Source: a virus (lineage: Duplodnaviria; Caudoviricetes). Taken from it: a DNA stretch of 58,830 nucleotides. Of the stretch, positions 48,199 to 57,366 are shown in pieces. The notes beneath the pieces are model-generated. The model had not been told where the DNA came from, did not search any database, and saw nothing but the letters and a program-made list of their open reading frames with translations. Numbering within the stretch: the stretch's first letter is position 1; each line of letters opens with the position of its first letter. The stretch covers positions 1 to 58,830 of IMG/VR virus record IMGVR_UViG_3300021344_000002; one strand, 5' to 3'. A program made the position numbers and the translations under genes.

Positions 48199-48531
48199 TA
48201 TCCTGTTACGCTGAGTAACTACAACGATGGCGTAACAACTAAGAGCGACAGCACCACGCGATCTACTCTCGAAGCAAGCCCAGCAATACAAAGGAGCGCA
48301 ATGTACACAAAGAAGAGCAGCAACTTATCATCGACTTATAAGTCTTATCAAGTTGAGAACAACAGATTCTCAGGAGATGTTGCTGCTTGCCAAATGGTGC
48401 ATTGTGGATGTAAAATGACAGAGTTGTTTTACAGAACTTCGATGTTTGGGGAACATGTGGGGAACGCGATGCAACTTGGTATGTTACACAGGAAAACGGG
48501 GAGTATTGTCTGTGATGCTCACAGTGCTCTG

Positions 48532-49896
48532 TCATCGTCGCCTATTGATGTGCGAACGGTGGACATCTCTAGTATACAACATCGGCTTCGGCGGGTCAGT
48601 ACCGGGCGTTGCTTTTGCAACGAGGTCCGCGTCTGCTCGAAGAAACATATAGATCATAGTGGATATTTGACCAATAATACGGGACAAAGGGCGCATGCGA
48701 CCCTTGCGGCGTTTGAGCTTGGCATCGAAGGGACATTGACGGATCACGAGACGCTGGTAGATCCCACGCCACTCAGTATTGTCCTTGACGGCGCGCATGC
48801 CAACGAGAAACATGGTTTGTCGCAGCATTCTGTTGCCTCCTTTGTTGAGGGCTATGCCGTTCTGGGATTTGCCGCTCTGGTCCTCGATGGGGTTCCAGCC
48901 GGTGTAGGCTTTGAGCTTGCCAGCGCTGGCGAAGTTCTCGATGCAGCCGATGCTGGCAATGATCTCGCCGGCAGCAAGAGTGCCAACAAAGCTGCCGAGA
49001 GAGAGCAGAATCTGTCCTTCGCGTGTCGCAGAGACAACAGCCGCAATCTTTGCTTTGATGACCTCCTCGTTGTCCTGCAGGACACGGAGTTGCTTGATCA
49101 GCAATCTTTGCTGCAGCACCAGTGCATCGACGCGGCCAGGGTCAGTAATGCCGATGCTTCCCTTTGCCAGCTCCTGCAGATGTTCCAATGCTGCATTGCC
49201 CGGCCTGGTGGATTTGGGAAGACGACAGTCCTTGAGGTCATCAAGGGACACGGCGACAACATCAACGGGCGTTGGATAGCGTTCACGAACAATGCGCGCC
49301 GTGAGACCGTTGGGGTCTTTGAAAATCAATGCAAACTCAGGAAACAACAGATCACTGATGGCGGTGAGTTGATTACAGGTTCGCACGATCTGCTTTGTCA
49401 GGTCATAGCGGTATTGTGTCAGCCCTCGGAGGCTCTGAGCTACCTCCGAGATCGGCATGACCTTGCGTACTTCTTGCTCAGTGTCATCAGGGAGGGCACC
49501 CAGTTCAATCTGGCGGTACACCATGTTGGCGAGGCCCTGGGCGTCTCGTCGATCATTCTTTTGTTTGCGCGGCCTCTTCTGGACGTGCACGGTGTAACAC
49601 TGGATGCCTTGCTCCTGCAGATATTGCAGGAGCGGAAGGTGATAGTGTCCGGTGCGCTCCATGAGCACGCGCCACTGGGAGAGCGGGGCATAGCGCTGCA
49701 GCTCGCCCGCCAGGCGCTCAAAGTCAAGGCGCGAATTTGTAAAGGGAAGCGTTGGGCAAGCGCTGTAATGCCCAACGCTGCGCTGCAGGTAGGTGGAATA
49801 GAATGCGGCGACGTGGGCATCTTTGCCAATGTCAATGCCTGCGTAGTAGTACTCTGGGTGCAGTGGAATCGGGGATTGTTGGGGTACTGTGACCAT
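48532..49896 (-). CDS. IS110-family recombinase/transposase
   Basis: RuvC-like DEDD: GIDIGK, MERTGHY, KNDRRDA; Tnp domain F....KLKAYTG..P...QSG, GGNRMLR. Confidence 0.95.
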   Translation of the reverse strand: MVTVPQQSPIPLHPEYYYAGIDIGKDAHVAAFYSTYLQRSVGHYSACPTLPFTNSRLDFERLAGELQRYAPLSQWRVLMERTGHYHLPLLQYLQEQGIQCYTVHVQKRPRKQKNDRRDAQGLANMVYRQIELGALPDDTEQEVRKVMPISEVAQSLRGLTQYRYDLTKQIVRTCNQLTAISDLLFPEFALIFKDPNGLTARIVRERYPTPVDVVAVSLDDLKDCRLPKSTRPGNAALEHLQELAKGSIGITDPGRVDALVLQQRLLIKQLRVLQDNEEVIKAKIAAVVSATREGQILLSLGSFVGTLAAGEIIASIGCIENFASAGKLKAYTGWNPIEDQSGKSQNGIALNKGGNRMLRQTMFLVGMRAVKDNTEWRGIYQRLVIRQCPFDAKLKRRKGRMRPLSRIIGQISTMIYMFLRADADLVAKATPGTDPPKPMLYTRDVHRSHINRRR

Positions 49897-49934
49897 CGCA
49901 TTCCTTGCTTCTTCTACATCATCATTAATCAAAT

Positions 49935-50115
49935 AGGAAGAGCAAGGGAAGTCATGGCGATCCATGCCCAAACACAGACCAGGGCTTGCACCCAGATGCT
50001 CACAAGGGCTTTACAGGTCGCCGTCCCAATCACTATTAAGGCATTGCTGCCAATAACATATCAGGGATCAATGATGACCCTGGCATGGATAGCTGGTCCA
50101 TACCGCGCTCTTCCC
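49935..50115 (-). ncRNA. Putative IS110 bridge RNA
   Basis: Nested stems GGAAGAGC/GCTCTTCC, ATCCATGCC/GGCATGGAT, CAGGG/CCCTG with large internal loops, upstream of the recombinase. Confidence 0.55.
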
Positions 50116-50223
50116 ATTCAAGGATACTCAGCAACGGTCTTATTATCAAGCTATTGTTGATTCGTGAACACATTGTAATTATCTGCTTGTTATGCAAGCA
50201 AACAGCGATAGAAGGTACTAACT

Positions 50224-50613
50224 ATGATCAATAACGGGGCGCTACGTCTCATGCCAGATATTGTCTCCCTCTCAGCATGCTCGACGTTGGATGAAGTTCA
50301 ACAGGCATCGCTGATCGCGCTACGTGTGAAGGCGCTCAGCGATCCGAGCCGACTGCGGATACTGCGCGTTCTGGCGGCAGCGGCGGAGCAGACGGTAAGC
50401 GTTGGACGGCTCACTGAATTGTTGAATACAGTGGAGCAGAGCATGATATCTCGCCATATCCGACTGCTCGTCCATGCAGGATTCTTGGAGCTTACCGTCT
50501 CTCGAATAAAGGGCAAGGTGGAGCACTTCTACCACGTCAAGCTCTTCGCAATCCGGGCGGCCCTGGGTGAGCTACTCAGCTACATCGGGATCGTGCAGGC
50601 GGAAATTGGCTGA
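50224..50613 (+). CDS. ArsR/SmtB-family transcriptional regulator
   Basis: KALSDPSRLRIL, VGRL, QS.ISRH...L..AG. Confidence 0.85.
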   Translation: MINNGALRLMPDIVSLSACSTLDEVQQASLIALRVKALSDPSRLRILRVLAAAAEQTVSVGRLTELLNTVEQSMISRHIRLLVHAGFLELTVSRIKGKVEHFYHVKLFAIRAALGELLSYIGIVQAEIG

Positions 50614-50919
50614 AGACGCACAAAAGCGACCCACCGCATGCTCCTTAATCTACCAAAGTCTGGAGCTGCGATGAGCCGTTTTGCTGATACAGTGTGCTGC
50701 ACAGTATAGTACATCACACTGTGAATTATTTCCAGTATTTCATAGTATCAGGGAGGAAAGTACTGTGAGGCAAAAAGAGGGCGTCACCACGCTGGCAGCA
50801 GCACAGGAGACTAATCTGGCAAATACCAGTGACGACGCCGAGAACACCGATAGCACACAGGCAACACTGACGCCCGAAGGGGTACCAGCCATGATACTAG
50901 CCCAACACGCGATCTAGTT

Positions 50920-51150
50920 ACGAGTGATCCTACAAGCCACAGGGGATCCGGGGGATCCTGAATCCTACACTGGACGCGCAGGACCATTATGCCATGTTCG
51001 CATATGAGCATAGCACAACACCCCCGTGTATGTCCAGTGAAAACGATGAGAAATTGATGAGTGCTGGTACGCTCATCAAGCAGCCTGTGAGGCTGCAACA
51101 ACTCTGCCACGTTGCTACGCTTTGTGGAGCTTCGTGGGGCTACGAAATTA
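50920..51150 (+). ncRNA. Structured non-coding leader upstream of the replication genes
   Basis: Stems CACTGGAC/GTCCAGTG, TTGATGAGTG/CGCTCATCAA (51054-51079), GCAGCCT/AGGCTGC, TTCGTG/TACGAA. Confidence 0.45.
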
Positions 51151-51196
51151 TTCTTGGACTTATTTAGATTATTTTGATCTATCAGGGGGATAGGCC

Positions 51197-51574
51197 ATGA
51201 GCAAAAAGAAACGTTCAGCCATCAGGTTTCACATATCAACCAGCAAACCTGCGAAATTTTCTACTGAAAGCGCACTACGTCATGTAGCACAACAGTTTAT
51301 GGGTGTTGAGAAGAGTTTGACCCCTCTCATTATTGCTCAGCACATGCCTCCAGGGGCGGCCATTATTTTGATTGCCTGCTACACCCATGCAACGGTAGCG
51401 GGTGCGCAGAAGACTCACAATATGAGTGAAGATGACATCACTGGCTCAGCAAATTCACTGCTCACACTCTGGAAACATGGACTGTTTACCCCGAGCAAAC
51501 AATTTCCTTACACACTAAAGCAAGTCTTCACTGCTATAAATGACGATGAAGATGGAAGCGAGGACGAGCAATGA
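51197..51574 (+). CDS. Hypothetical protein
   Basis: SD AGGGGG; coupled to rep. Confidence 0.6.
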   Translation: MSKKKRSAIRFHISTSKPAKFSTESALRHVAQQFMGVEKSLTPLIIAQHMPPGAAIILIACYTHATVAGAQKTHNMSEDDITGSANSLLTLWKHGLFTPSKQFPYTLKQVFTAINDDEDGSEDEQ

Positions 51575-52863
51575 GTCAATCGACTGAGATGGTCGTGATT
51601 ATCCGACCGAGCTTTAAAAAGTTTTGCGACGCTGATGCGTGTCGGGCAGCTCTCTTCAATCAATTGCTCTATCGGATTGCTGGAAAAGCAAAGGGCCAGG
51701 ACCAGGACAAAGTAAAACGAGGTGAAATCTATTGGTATGGGTCAGCAGAGCGAATCTGTGATAAAGAACTGGACAACTCATGGTCAATCAACAAAGTCAT
51801 AAAAGAGACCAAGGCAATCATTGCCGCTGGCATCGTTGGGCAGAGACACAACCCGGTGAAGAAGTGGGACAGGACAATGCATTATTTCATTGGAGATGAA
51901 CAGGGTAAAATCATCAGAGAGCAGTGTGAAAAGCACCACATTTACCCTGCTCATCTGGGCCTTCCTCCGGCTGTTCTCGATCTACTGCATTTGGTAAATG
52001 CATTTACCAAATGTGGTGATTCCAATTGCCAGATATGTGAAATGCATTTACCAAATGCAGTAGATCGATTTACCAAATGTGGTGATGCAATACCCAAGGA
52101 ATCTTACAAGGAAACTACAAAGGAAACATACCAAGAAAGAAAGAGCAGCGATCCGTTGCCAGCAAAAGAGATCTCCCTCCCTCCTTCAATTTCCACAAAT
52201 ATTCTTTCTCTTGAAGAACAGGAAAAACTAGACTGGTTTCGTGAACTAGAGAACTCACCAGTAGATATAGCACGGGCGAAGGAACGCTGTGCTGAACTTG
52301 ATGAGATCAAAACCCGCGAGCAGTTTCGAGATCTCCATGTTATTGCTAAGCAGATGGTGCAAGGGAAAAAGAATCCAAGACCCAACCTGGGTAATATGGT
52401 CGGTGCTCTGCCTATCTGGAGAGATGAGCAGAAGCTAGCAGAGGATCAATGGTGGAATCAGTCCAAACAGGGTGAGCAGGCAGAGCCATCGCCGATTCCA
52501 GAACCGGAGCTGCCGGTGGTCGTCAACGAGGACACAGAGCACGACGAGGTGCGAACTGCTGAACCGGCGACGGACGAGATACCAGCGGTGCCAGCTCCAC
52601 AGAGACGGCGCAGCAAGGGGATGAATACTGGAGCTGCTGAATCACTGGCCGGGCAGGTTGCCGAAGAGTACCCCGGTCTCATCGCTGAATTTGATGAGAT
52701 CAGCCCTGGTTGCTACATGCTTACTATCTGGTATGGAGACGGCGAGGATCAATGGTTTGATCTTGATCTTGTCGCATGGTGGCATCGGACACCGGAGATC
52801 GAGCGCCTTCTTGAGCAGGCGGTGTGCTACGCAGATGCAGTGCAGGTATCAATTGCAATGTAA
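51571..52863 (+). CDS. Replication initiator-like protein (N-terminal wHTH, internal iterons)
   Basis: AALFNQLLY..YWY.S, NP...WDRT.HY; low-complexity KE.YKET.KET after the iterons, a lambda O-like layout. Confidence 0.7.
   Translation: MSQSTEMVVIIRPSFKKFCDADACRAALFNQLLYRIAGKAKGQDQDKVKRGEIYWYGSAERICDKELDNSWSINKVIKETKAIIAAGIVGQRHNPVKKWDRTMHYFIGDEQGKIIREQCEKHHIYPAHLGLPPAVLDLLHLVNAFTKCGDSNCQICEMHLPNAVDRFTKCGDAIPKESYKETTKETYQERKSSDPLPAKEISLPPSISTNILSLEEQEKLDWFRELENSPVDIARAKERCAELDEIKTREQFRDLHVIAKQMVQGKKNPRPNLGNMVGALPIWRDEQKLAEDQWWNQSKQGEQAEPSPIPEPELPVVVNEDTEHDEVRTAEPATDEIPAVPAPQRRRSKGMNTGAAESLAGQVAEEYPGLIAEFDEISPGCYMLTIWYGDGEDQWFDLDLVAWWHRTPEIERLLEQAVCYADAVQVSIAM
51977..52086. repeat. Iteron/origin-like repeats ATTTACCAAATG, 4 copies, including a 29-bp perfect inverted repeat
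   Basis: 51977-52005 vs 52040-52068 inverted; 26-bp palindrome 51988-52013. Confidence 0.8.
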
Positions 52864-53253
52864 GGGGGTGATGTGAGAGTGGATGAAGTCATCTATATCA
52901 TCGAAGCGCTGATCATCATTGGCATTGTTGTCTATGAGCTTATCATGGGGCACTTCGCCGGCGAGGAGCCGCTCGATACCGATGTAGTAGTCGCTGACTT
53001 GCAAGAGATGGCAGAGGAGCCGCAAATAAACCGTGAAGGGGGGTGATGCGATGATCTTTGCCATTATCGCTATGGTTCTTGGTACCATTGCCTATTTTGT
53101 GATGGGCCACATCGCAGACAAGGCCAGCGACGAGTAAACAATGTAATGCGCCTGGCGAGTCTCAGTAGCCAGGCGACACGCGGGAAAGTTTGGAGAAACC
53201 CGCGTGCGAATCTATTGTAACAGTATTTGTAAAGTTAAGTTTGGAGAAAAACA

Positions 53254-53592
53254 ATGGCAGATATCGTCCCCTATGGTAATCAGGGGTTTGCCCTGGAGCA
53301 ATGGCCGCAAAGTGACCTGGCGATCAGTCAGAAACCTGGATGGAATGGTGTTCACTTTTGCTTTGATCCCGATGATCTGTCCTTCCTCAAGGGCAAGGTC
53401 GATGCATGGTTTGCTGGCTGCGGTGAAATCATTTATGTTGCTGACGGCGACTGCGAAAAGCAAGACCTCTCGTTCATGATCCTGGAATGGGAAGATTGTG
53501 AGATTAACCCGCTGTTCCTGGCAATCCTACGAGATGAGGAGAAGATTGATAGTTTCAGCGTCTACTTCAGAGCTGCGGAGGACTATCAATAA
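53254..53592 (+). CDS. Acidic hypothetical protein, first gene of the transfer-like operon
   Basis: SD GGAG; upstream AAGTTTGGAGAAA twice. Confidence 0.65.
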   Translation: MADIVPYGNQGFALEQWPQSDLAISQKPGWNGVHFCFDPDDLSFLKGKVDAWFAGCGEIIYVADGDCEKQDLSFMILEWEDCEINPLFLAILRDEEKIDSFSVYFRAAEDYQ

Positions 53593-53594
53593 TA

Positions 53595-54269
53595 ATGGCA
53601 CGATATGGAAACACCAGGCAGACGGGTCAGAGACAACAAGGCCCAACAGTTGACGCCTCCAGCCATGTCAATGGTGGTATTGCGCTTACCCCGCTGATGC
53701 TCCTCTCCGGCATCATCGTCTTTGGAACCGCGTTCTTCATTATTAGCCAGGTACAAATCACTTCGACAGAGCAAACCGTTTTTGATCTGATGGCAAGCGG
53801 GGTCAGAGCTACAACCGATACAGGTGCACAAATTGGACAGTTTATCAGTCAGAAAGACTTAGACCACGATCACCTGATCGCTAATACGATTGGTTGGAGT
53901 GTACAGGTTGCGCTGTTCCTGCTTTCCATCCCGGTTGCACAGGCGCTTATGCTCGTCCACCGGATACATAATTCTGAGAGTTCTGCGAGTCTTTCCGCAA
54001 CTGCACAAAAATACGCCGATGGGCAAACCTTTTGTGTGCGTGCCCTGGTTGGCGGTGATGTCCTCACTGACTTCTACTTCGTGGTACGGGGTCATGTTAT
54101 TGTGACATGGCCTTCGCTTTGGCCCTCTGTGACCGGTTTTGACTTTGGTGTGATCCTGGTAGGGATCATCTACCCTGTAGCAATTTGTTTCATTACCGTG
54201 TTTTGCGGTCGCCTGTTCCTAGTATGCGTGGAAGTGTTTGTCATTAAACATGTTCTCCACAGGGCCTAG
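53595..54269 (+). CDS. Multi-TM membrane protein (transfer accessory-like)
   Basis: 3-4 TM; directly upstream of the FtsK-like ATPase. Confidence 0.7.
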   Translation: MARYGNTRQTGQRQQGPTVDASSHVNGGIALTPLMLLSGIIVFGTAFFIISQVQITSTEQTVFDLMASGVRATTDTGAQIGQFISQKDLDHDHLIANTIGWSVQVALFLLSIPVAQALMLVHRIHNSESSASLSATAQKYADGQTFCVRALVGGDVLTDFYFVVRGHVIVTWPSLWPSVTGFDFGVILVGIIYPVAICFITVFCGRLFLVCVEVFVIKHVLHRA

Positions 54270-54278
54270 AGGTGAGTC

Positions 54279-55928
54279 ATGGAAGAACGTTTAGAAGGAT
54301 CTCAACAGATACAGCAGCGCGGGGAATCATCCCCCGCTGTCTCGACTCCCCCGATGACCCTTAAGGAGAAGGCGAAATATGCCGCCATTACTGGTGTTCC
54401 TAGCCTGCTCATCTTGGAATTGTTGAATGCGCGAGGGCCCGGTTTTGCTATTGCCGGTTTCATTGGCTATGGGGCGTGGCATTTCTCTGACCGGATTCGT
54501 GATATGCGTCCAGAGCGAGCAGGCCACAAACAGAAAACGCCGCAATCCTTCTCAAAGCGTGCACAGTCGGCAATCTATTGGCTGGGAACCGGTCACGCGA
54601 TGCCAGAGCAGGGCGAACAGAACGAGGAAGAGGGAACCGTCGAAACGACGCTGGGCGATATGGCAGCCCCTGCGACTGAAGAAGATGCGCTGTTCATCGT
54701 CAAGCGTGCCGATGATACCGGCGGCATTGCACGGCTCACCATCGATCAAATTGTGAGTCACTGTGAACCCAACAGTTACAAAATATTCATTGGCCGCTCG
54801 CTGACTAATGAAACTGAAGGTCATCCGGCGGTGCAGATCAGCATTTACAAACAGCATTTTCGTTTCATGGGTGCCTCGCAGCGAGGAAAGTCTTCGATGG
54901 TTGCGGCATTCCTCGATATTGTGACCCGGACCCACGATCCGAAACATGTGCGCCTGGTCATCCTCGACAAAGAGGACCAGACCGGGAATCTCTTCGCGCA
55001 CCTGCCCCATGTCGCCACGGCCAGAGGTGAGGATGGCAAACCTTTTAAGTTACACGCCCGAACTAATGAGCAGGTGCTTGAATACTTGATCTACACCGCA
55101 GCGATTATGGAGTATCGCTACACCCAACTGAGTAAGAAGCAGCTTCTTGAGCAGCCGATTGTCCTGGTCTATCTTGAAGAGTTTTTAGACCTCAAAAACT
55201 ACTTTAAGCATCGTATTGATAAGGCAAAAGGTGAGAAGGAAAAAGAGCAAGCCAAACGCGACTACGCCACCTTTGTGTATTGCATTGAGGTTTTGTCACA
55301 GCGCGGTCTCAAAGCCCGTGTGCAGCTCCTGCTGTGTGCACAGGTTGAATACGCCGACGATGACTTCAAAGAGGCTCTGGTGAACATCCAATGTGGCTTC
55401 TCGTTCTGTGTGAGACCAACAGCGGCTGCGGCAGCAGGATTTAGAAATACCGCGCTGGTTAAGCGTAATGCACAGGAAAATAAAATCGGTCAGGCGGTCG
55501 TGGAAACTCCTGATTGTAACGATCTGGTCCTGGCTCCTGACTACGATCTGGAGCAGCGCATCATTGCATTTGAAAAAGCGCATCCAGAGATTCACCCAGA
55601 TTCTCAGATGGCAGAAGGTGACGATGCTAAGCACGAAAATGGGGGAATGACAGGGGTGAACGTGAATCCGGTGAATGACGTGGAAGCGCACCAGAAGCCG
55701 GTGAACGCAACGGTGAATCCCGGTGAACGTTCCACTGAGACAAAAGAGATTCCACCGGCATTCACCCAGTCCCAGGAGGTGCAGGTCTTGCTGGCGTACC
55801 ACGAATTATCGTCTTCTGGCGAGAAGTTGACCAGGACGGCACTCAGGGATTATCTCAAGTGGAACAGCAAACAATATCAATTCATTCTCAAACCGATCTG
55901 CGATAAGCATAGCATTCTTATGGATTAG
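54279..55928 (+). CDS. FtsK/SpoIIIE-family DNA translocase (TraB-like): N-terminal TM, ATPase, C-terminal wHTH
   Basis: Walker A GASQRGKS, ILDK, Walker B VYLEE, GLKARVQLLLCAQ; C-terminal LTRTALRDYLKW. Confidence 0.8.
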   Translation: MEERLEGSQQIQQRGESSPAVSTPPMTLKEKAKYAAITGVPSLLILELLNARGPGFAIAGFIGYGAWHFSDRIRDMRPERAGHKQKTPQSFSKRAQSAIYWLGTGHAMPEQGEQNEEEGTVETTLGDMAAPATEEDALFIVKRADDTGGIARLTIDQIVSHCEPNSYKIFIGRSLTNETEGHPAVQISIYKQHFRFMGASQRGKSSMVAAFLDIVTRTHDPKHVRLVILDKEDQTGNLFAHLPHVATARGEDGKPFKLHARTNEQVLEYLIYTAAIMEYRYTQLSKKQLLEQPIVLVYLEEFLDLKNYFKHRIDKAKGEKEKEQAKRDYATFVYCIEVLSQRGLKARVQLLLCAQVEYADDDFKEALVNIQCGFSFCVRPTAAAAAGFRNTALVKRNAQENKIGQAVVETPDCNDLVLAPDYDLEQRIIAFEKAHPEIHPDSQMAEGDDAKHENGGMTGVNVNPVNDVEAHQKPVNATVNPGERSTETKEIPPAFTQSQEVQVLLAYHELSSSGEKLTRTALRDYLKWNSKQYQFILKPICDKHSILMD

Positions 55929-55941
55929 GAAGGAACCTTGT

Positions 55942-57243
55942 ATGTCAACAACTACACAGCAACCATCACCAACAGAACAGATACAGGTAGTCGAGGAGAA
56001 CAGCGGTACGCCGCGCTGGGTCAAGACGGTGATGGCCGTCATTTTCTATGGAGGTCTCACGATCTTTCTGCTCGGCTCTATCGACCATGTAGCGTGGTTC
56101 TTCCATCTCTATGAGCCGCGCAGTCATCCGGGTGACGTGTGGGCTATGGTGCCCTCCTACGGCAAGGCTGGGTCACTGGACCTGGCGATCTTCTTCCTGG
56201 CCTACGTGGCCGCCACCGGGCAAGCCGCCGATAAAGTGCTGACCTGGACATTCACTATTATTCTGTCGTGTATCTCGCTCTATGCGAACTACATTTACGC
56301 CATGTTCTTCAGTCCAGAGCACCAGATGCACATCTGGGATATCCAGATCCTGTGGGGGCTTACTACCACGGGTTGGTTATCGCCGCTCATTGCATCATCC
56401 TATCCAATCTTTGCCATCGTCTTTATGTATCTGATCGAGCGAGTCATCTCTCGAAAAGCTGAGACGCCTGCACAAATGCAAGCGAGATTAAATGCGCTTC
56501 GCATCAAAAAAGCATTGGAAAAAGAGATCAAAGAAGTTGAGGGTCCGGGTCTCATTGAGCGTGCAAAACAGACCGCGATGGAGGCGAAAAACGCGGCTGC
56601 TGAAGTGCTCAAAAAAGAGCAAAAACAGCAGCAAGTTTTGCCGCAAAATGCACCGGGTTTGTTTCCAGTTCCGATGACAGATAAGCTACAAGATACCCTC
56701 GATTTCTTGCAGGAAAATCCACAGGGAACCGATGAAGAACTGGCGGAAATTTTGCAACTAAAACGACCATCTTCTGCACGATTTTGGCGACTAAAAGCTG
56801 ACGAAATTATCCGCAATAATGGATCAATGTTTCAGTCACCAATACCCGCAAAAATCACGGCAGAACTTGATCAAAATCAGCCTATAACTGACCCAGAAAT
56901 AGAGGCTGTGGGGATGAAAGAACTGCCAGAAGATGATGAGGAACAAAGCGCCTCTGATGGCAGTGCGCAAGCTGGACAAGAGGGCACCCTGGAAATGAAA
57001 AACAGCGCTATCAGTCAGCCACAAGATAGCCCAAAACGCGAGCTAAAAGGGATGCTGTATAGGCAAGCTGCAAAGTTTCCAATGTGCCAGAAAAAAGAGA
57101 TCACGGCTGCTGATATCCGGGCCGCTGTTCGGGGCAAAAGTTTACCAGCATATTCAGATGGCTCTGTGTCAAAAAATGCCGTCGAAAAATGGGCAAAAAC
57201 ATTTCAAAAAGTTGAGGAAAAAGTGAGTGAGGAAATTCATTGA
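55942..57243 (+). CDS. DUF2637/Spd-like 4-TM protein with coiled coil and HTH
   Basis: SIDH, SLD, SLYANY, P.FA; TDEELAEILQL..AR.W HTH. Confidence 0.6.
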   Translation: MSTTTQQPSPTEQIQVVEENSGTPRWVKTVMAVIFYGGLTIFLLGSIDHVAWFFHLYEPRSHPGDVWAMVPSYGKAGSLDLAIFFLAYVAATGQAADKVLTWTFTIILSCISLYANYIYAMFFSPEHQMHIWDIQILWGLTTTGWLSPLIASSYPIFAIVFMYLIERVISRKAETPAQMQARLNALRIKKALEKEIKEVEGPGLIERAKQTAMEAKNAAAEVLKKEQKQQQVLPQNAPGLFPVPMTDKLQDTLDFLQENPQGTDEELAEILQLKRPSSARFWRLKADEIIRNNGSMFQSPIPAKITAELDQNQPITDPEIEAVGMKELPEDDEEQSASDGSAQAGQEGTLEMKNSAISQPQDSPKRELKGMLYRQAAKFPMCQKKEITAADIRAAVRGKSLPAYSDGSVSKNAVEKWAKTFQKVEEKVSEEIH

Positions 57244-57366
57244 GTAGCGACAGTATTGTTTATGCTCTATCGGGCGTCATCCTCATTATTCTCAGTGTCA
57301 TCTTTATCGTCATTGCAGTGATCCGCGCTGTGAAAAAGCGCGGCCTGCAGTAGGGAGGAATCATTT

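Larger units (their letters stand above)
48335..50160 (-). mobile_element. IS110-family element (boundaries approximate)
   Basis: Recombinase plus long structured 5' non-coding end; no TIR/TSD evident. Confidence 0.6.

Noticed and set aside
48301-50160. 619-aa plus-strand ORF
   Set aside because: Antisense shadow of the IS110 recombinase; no motifs
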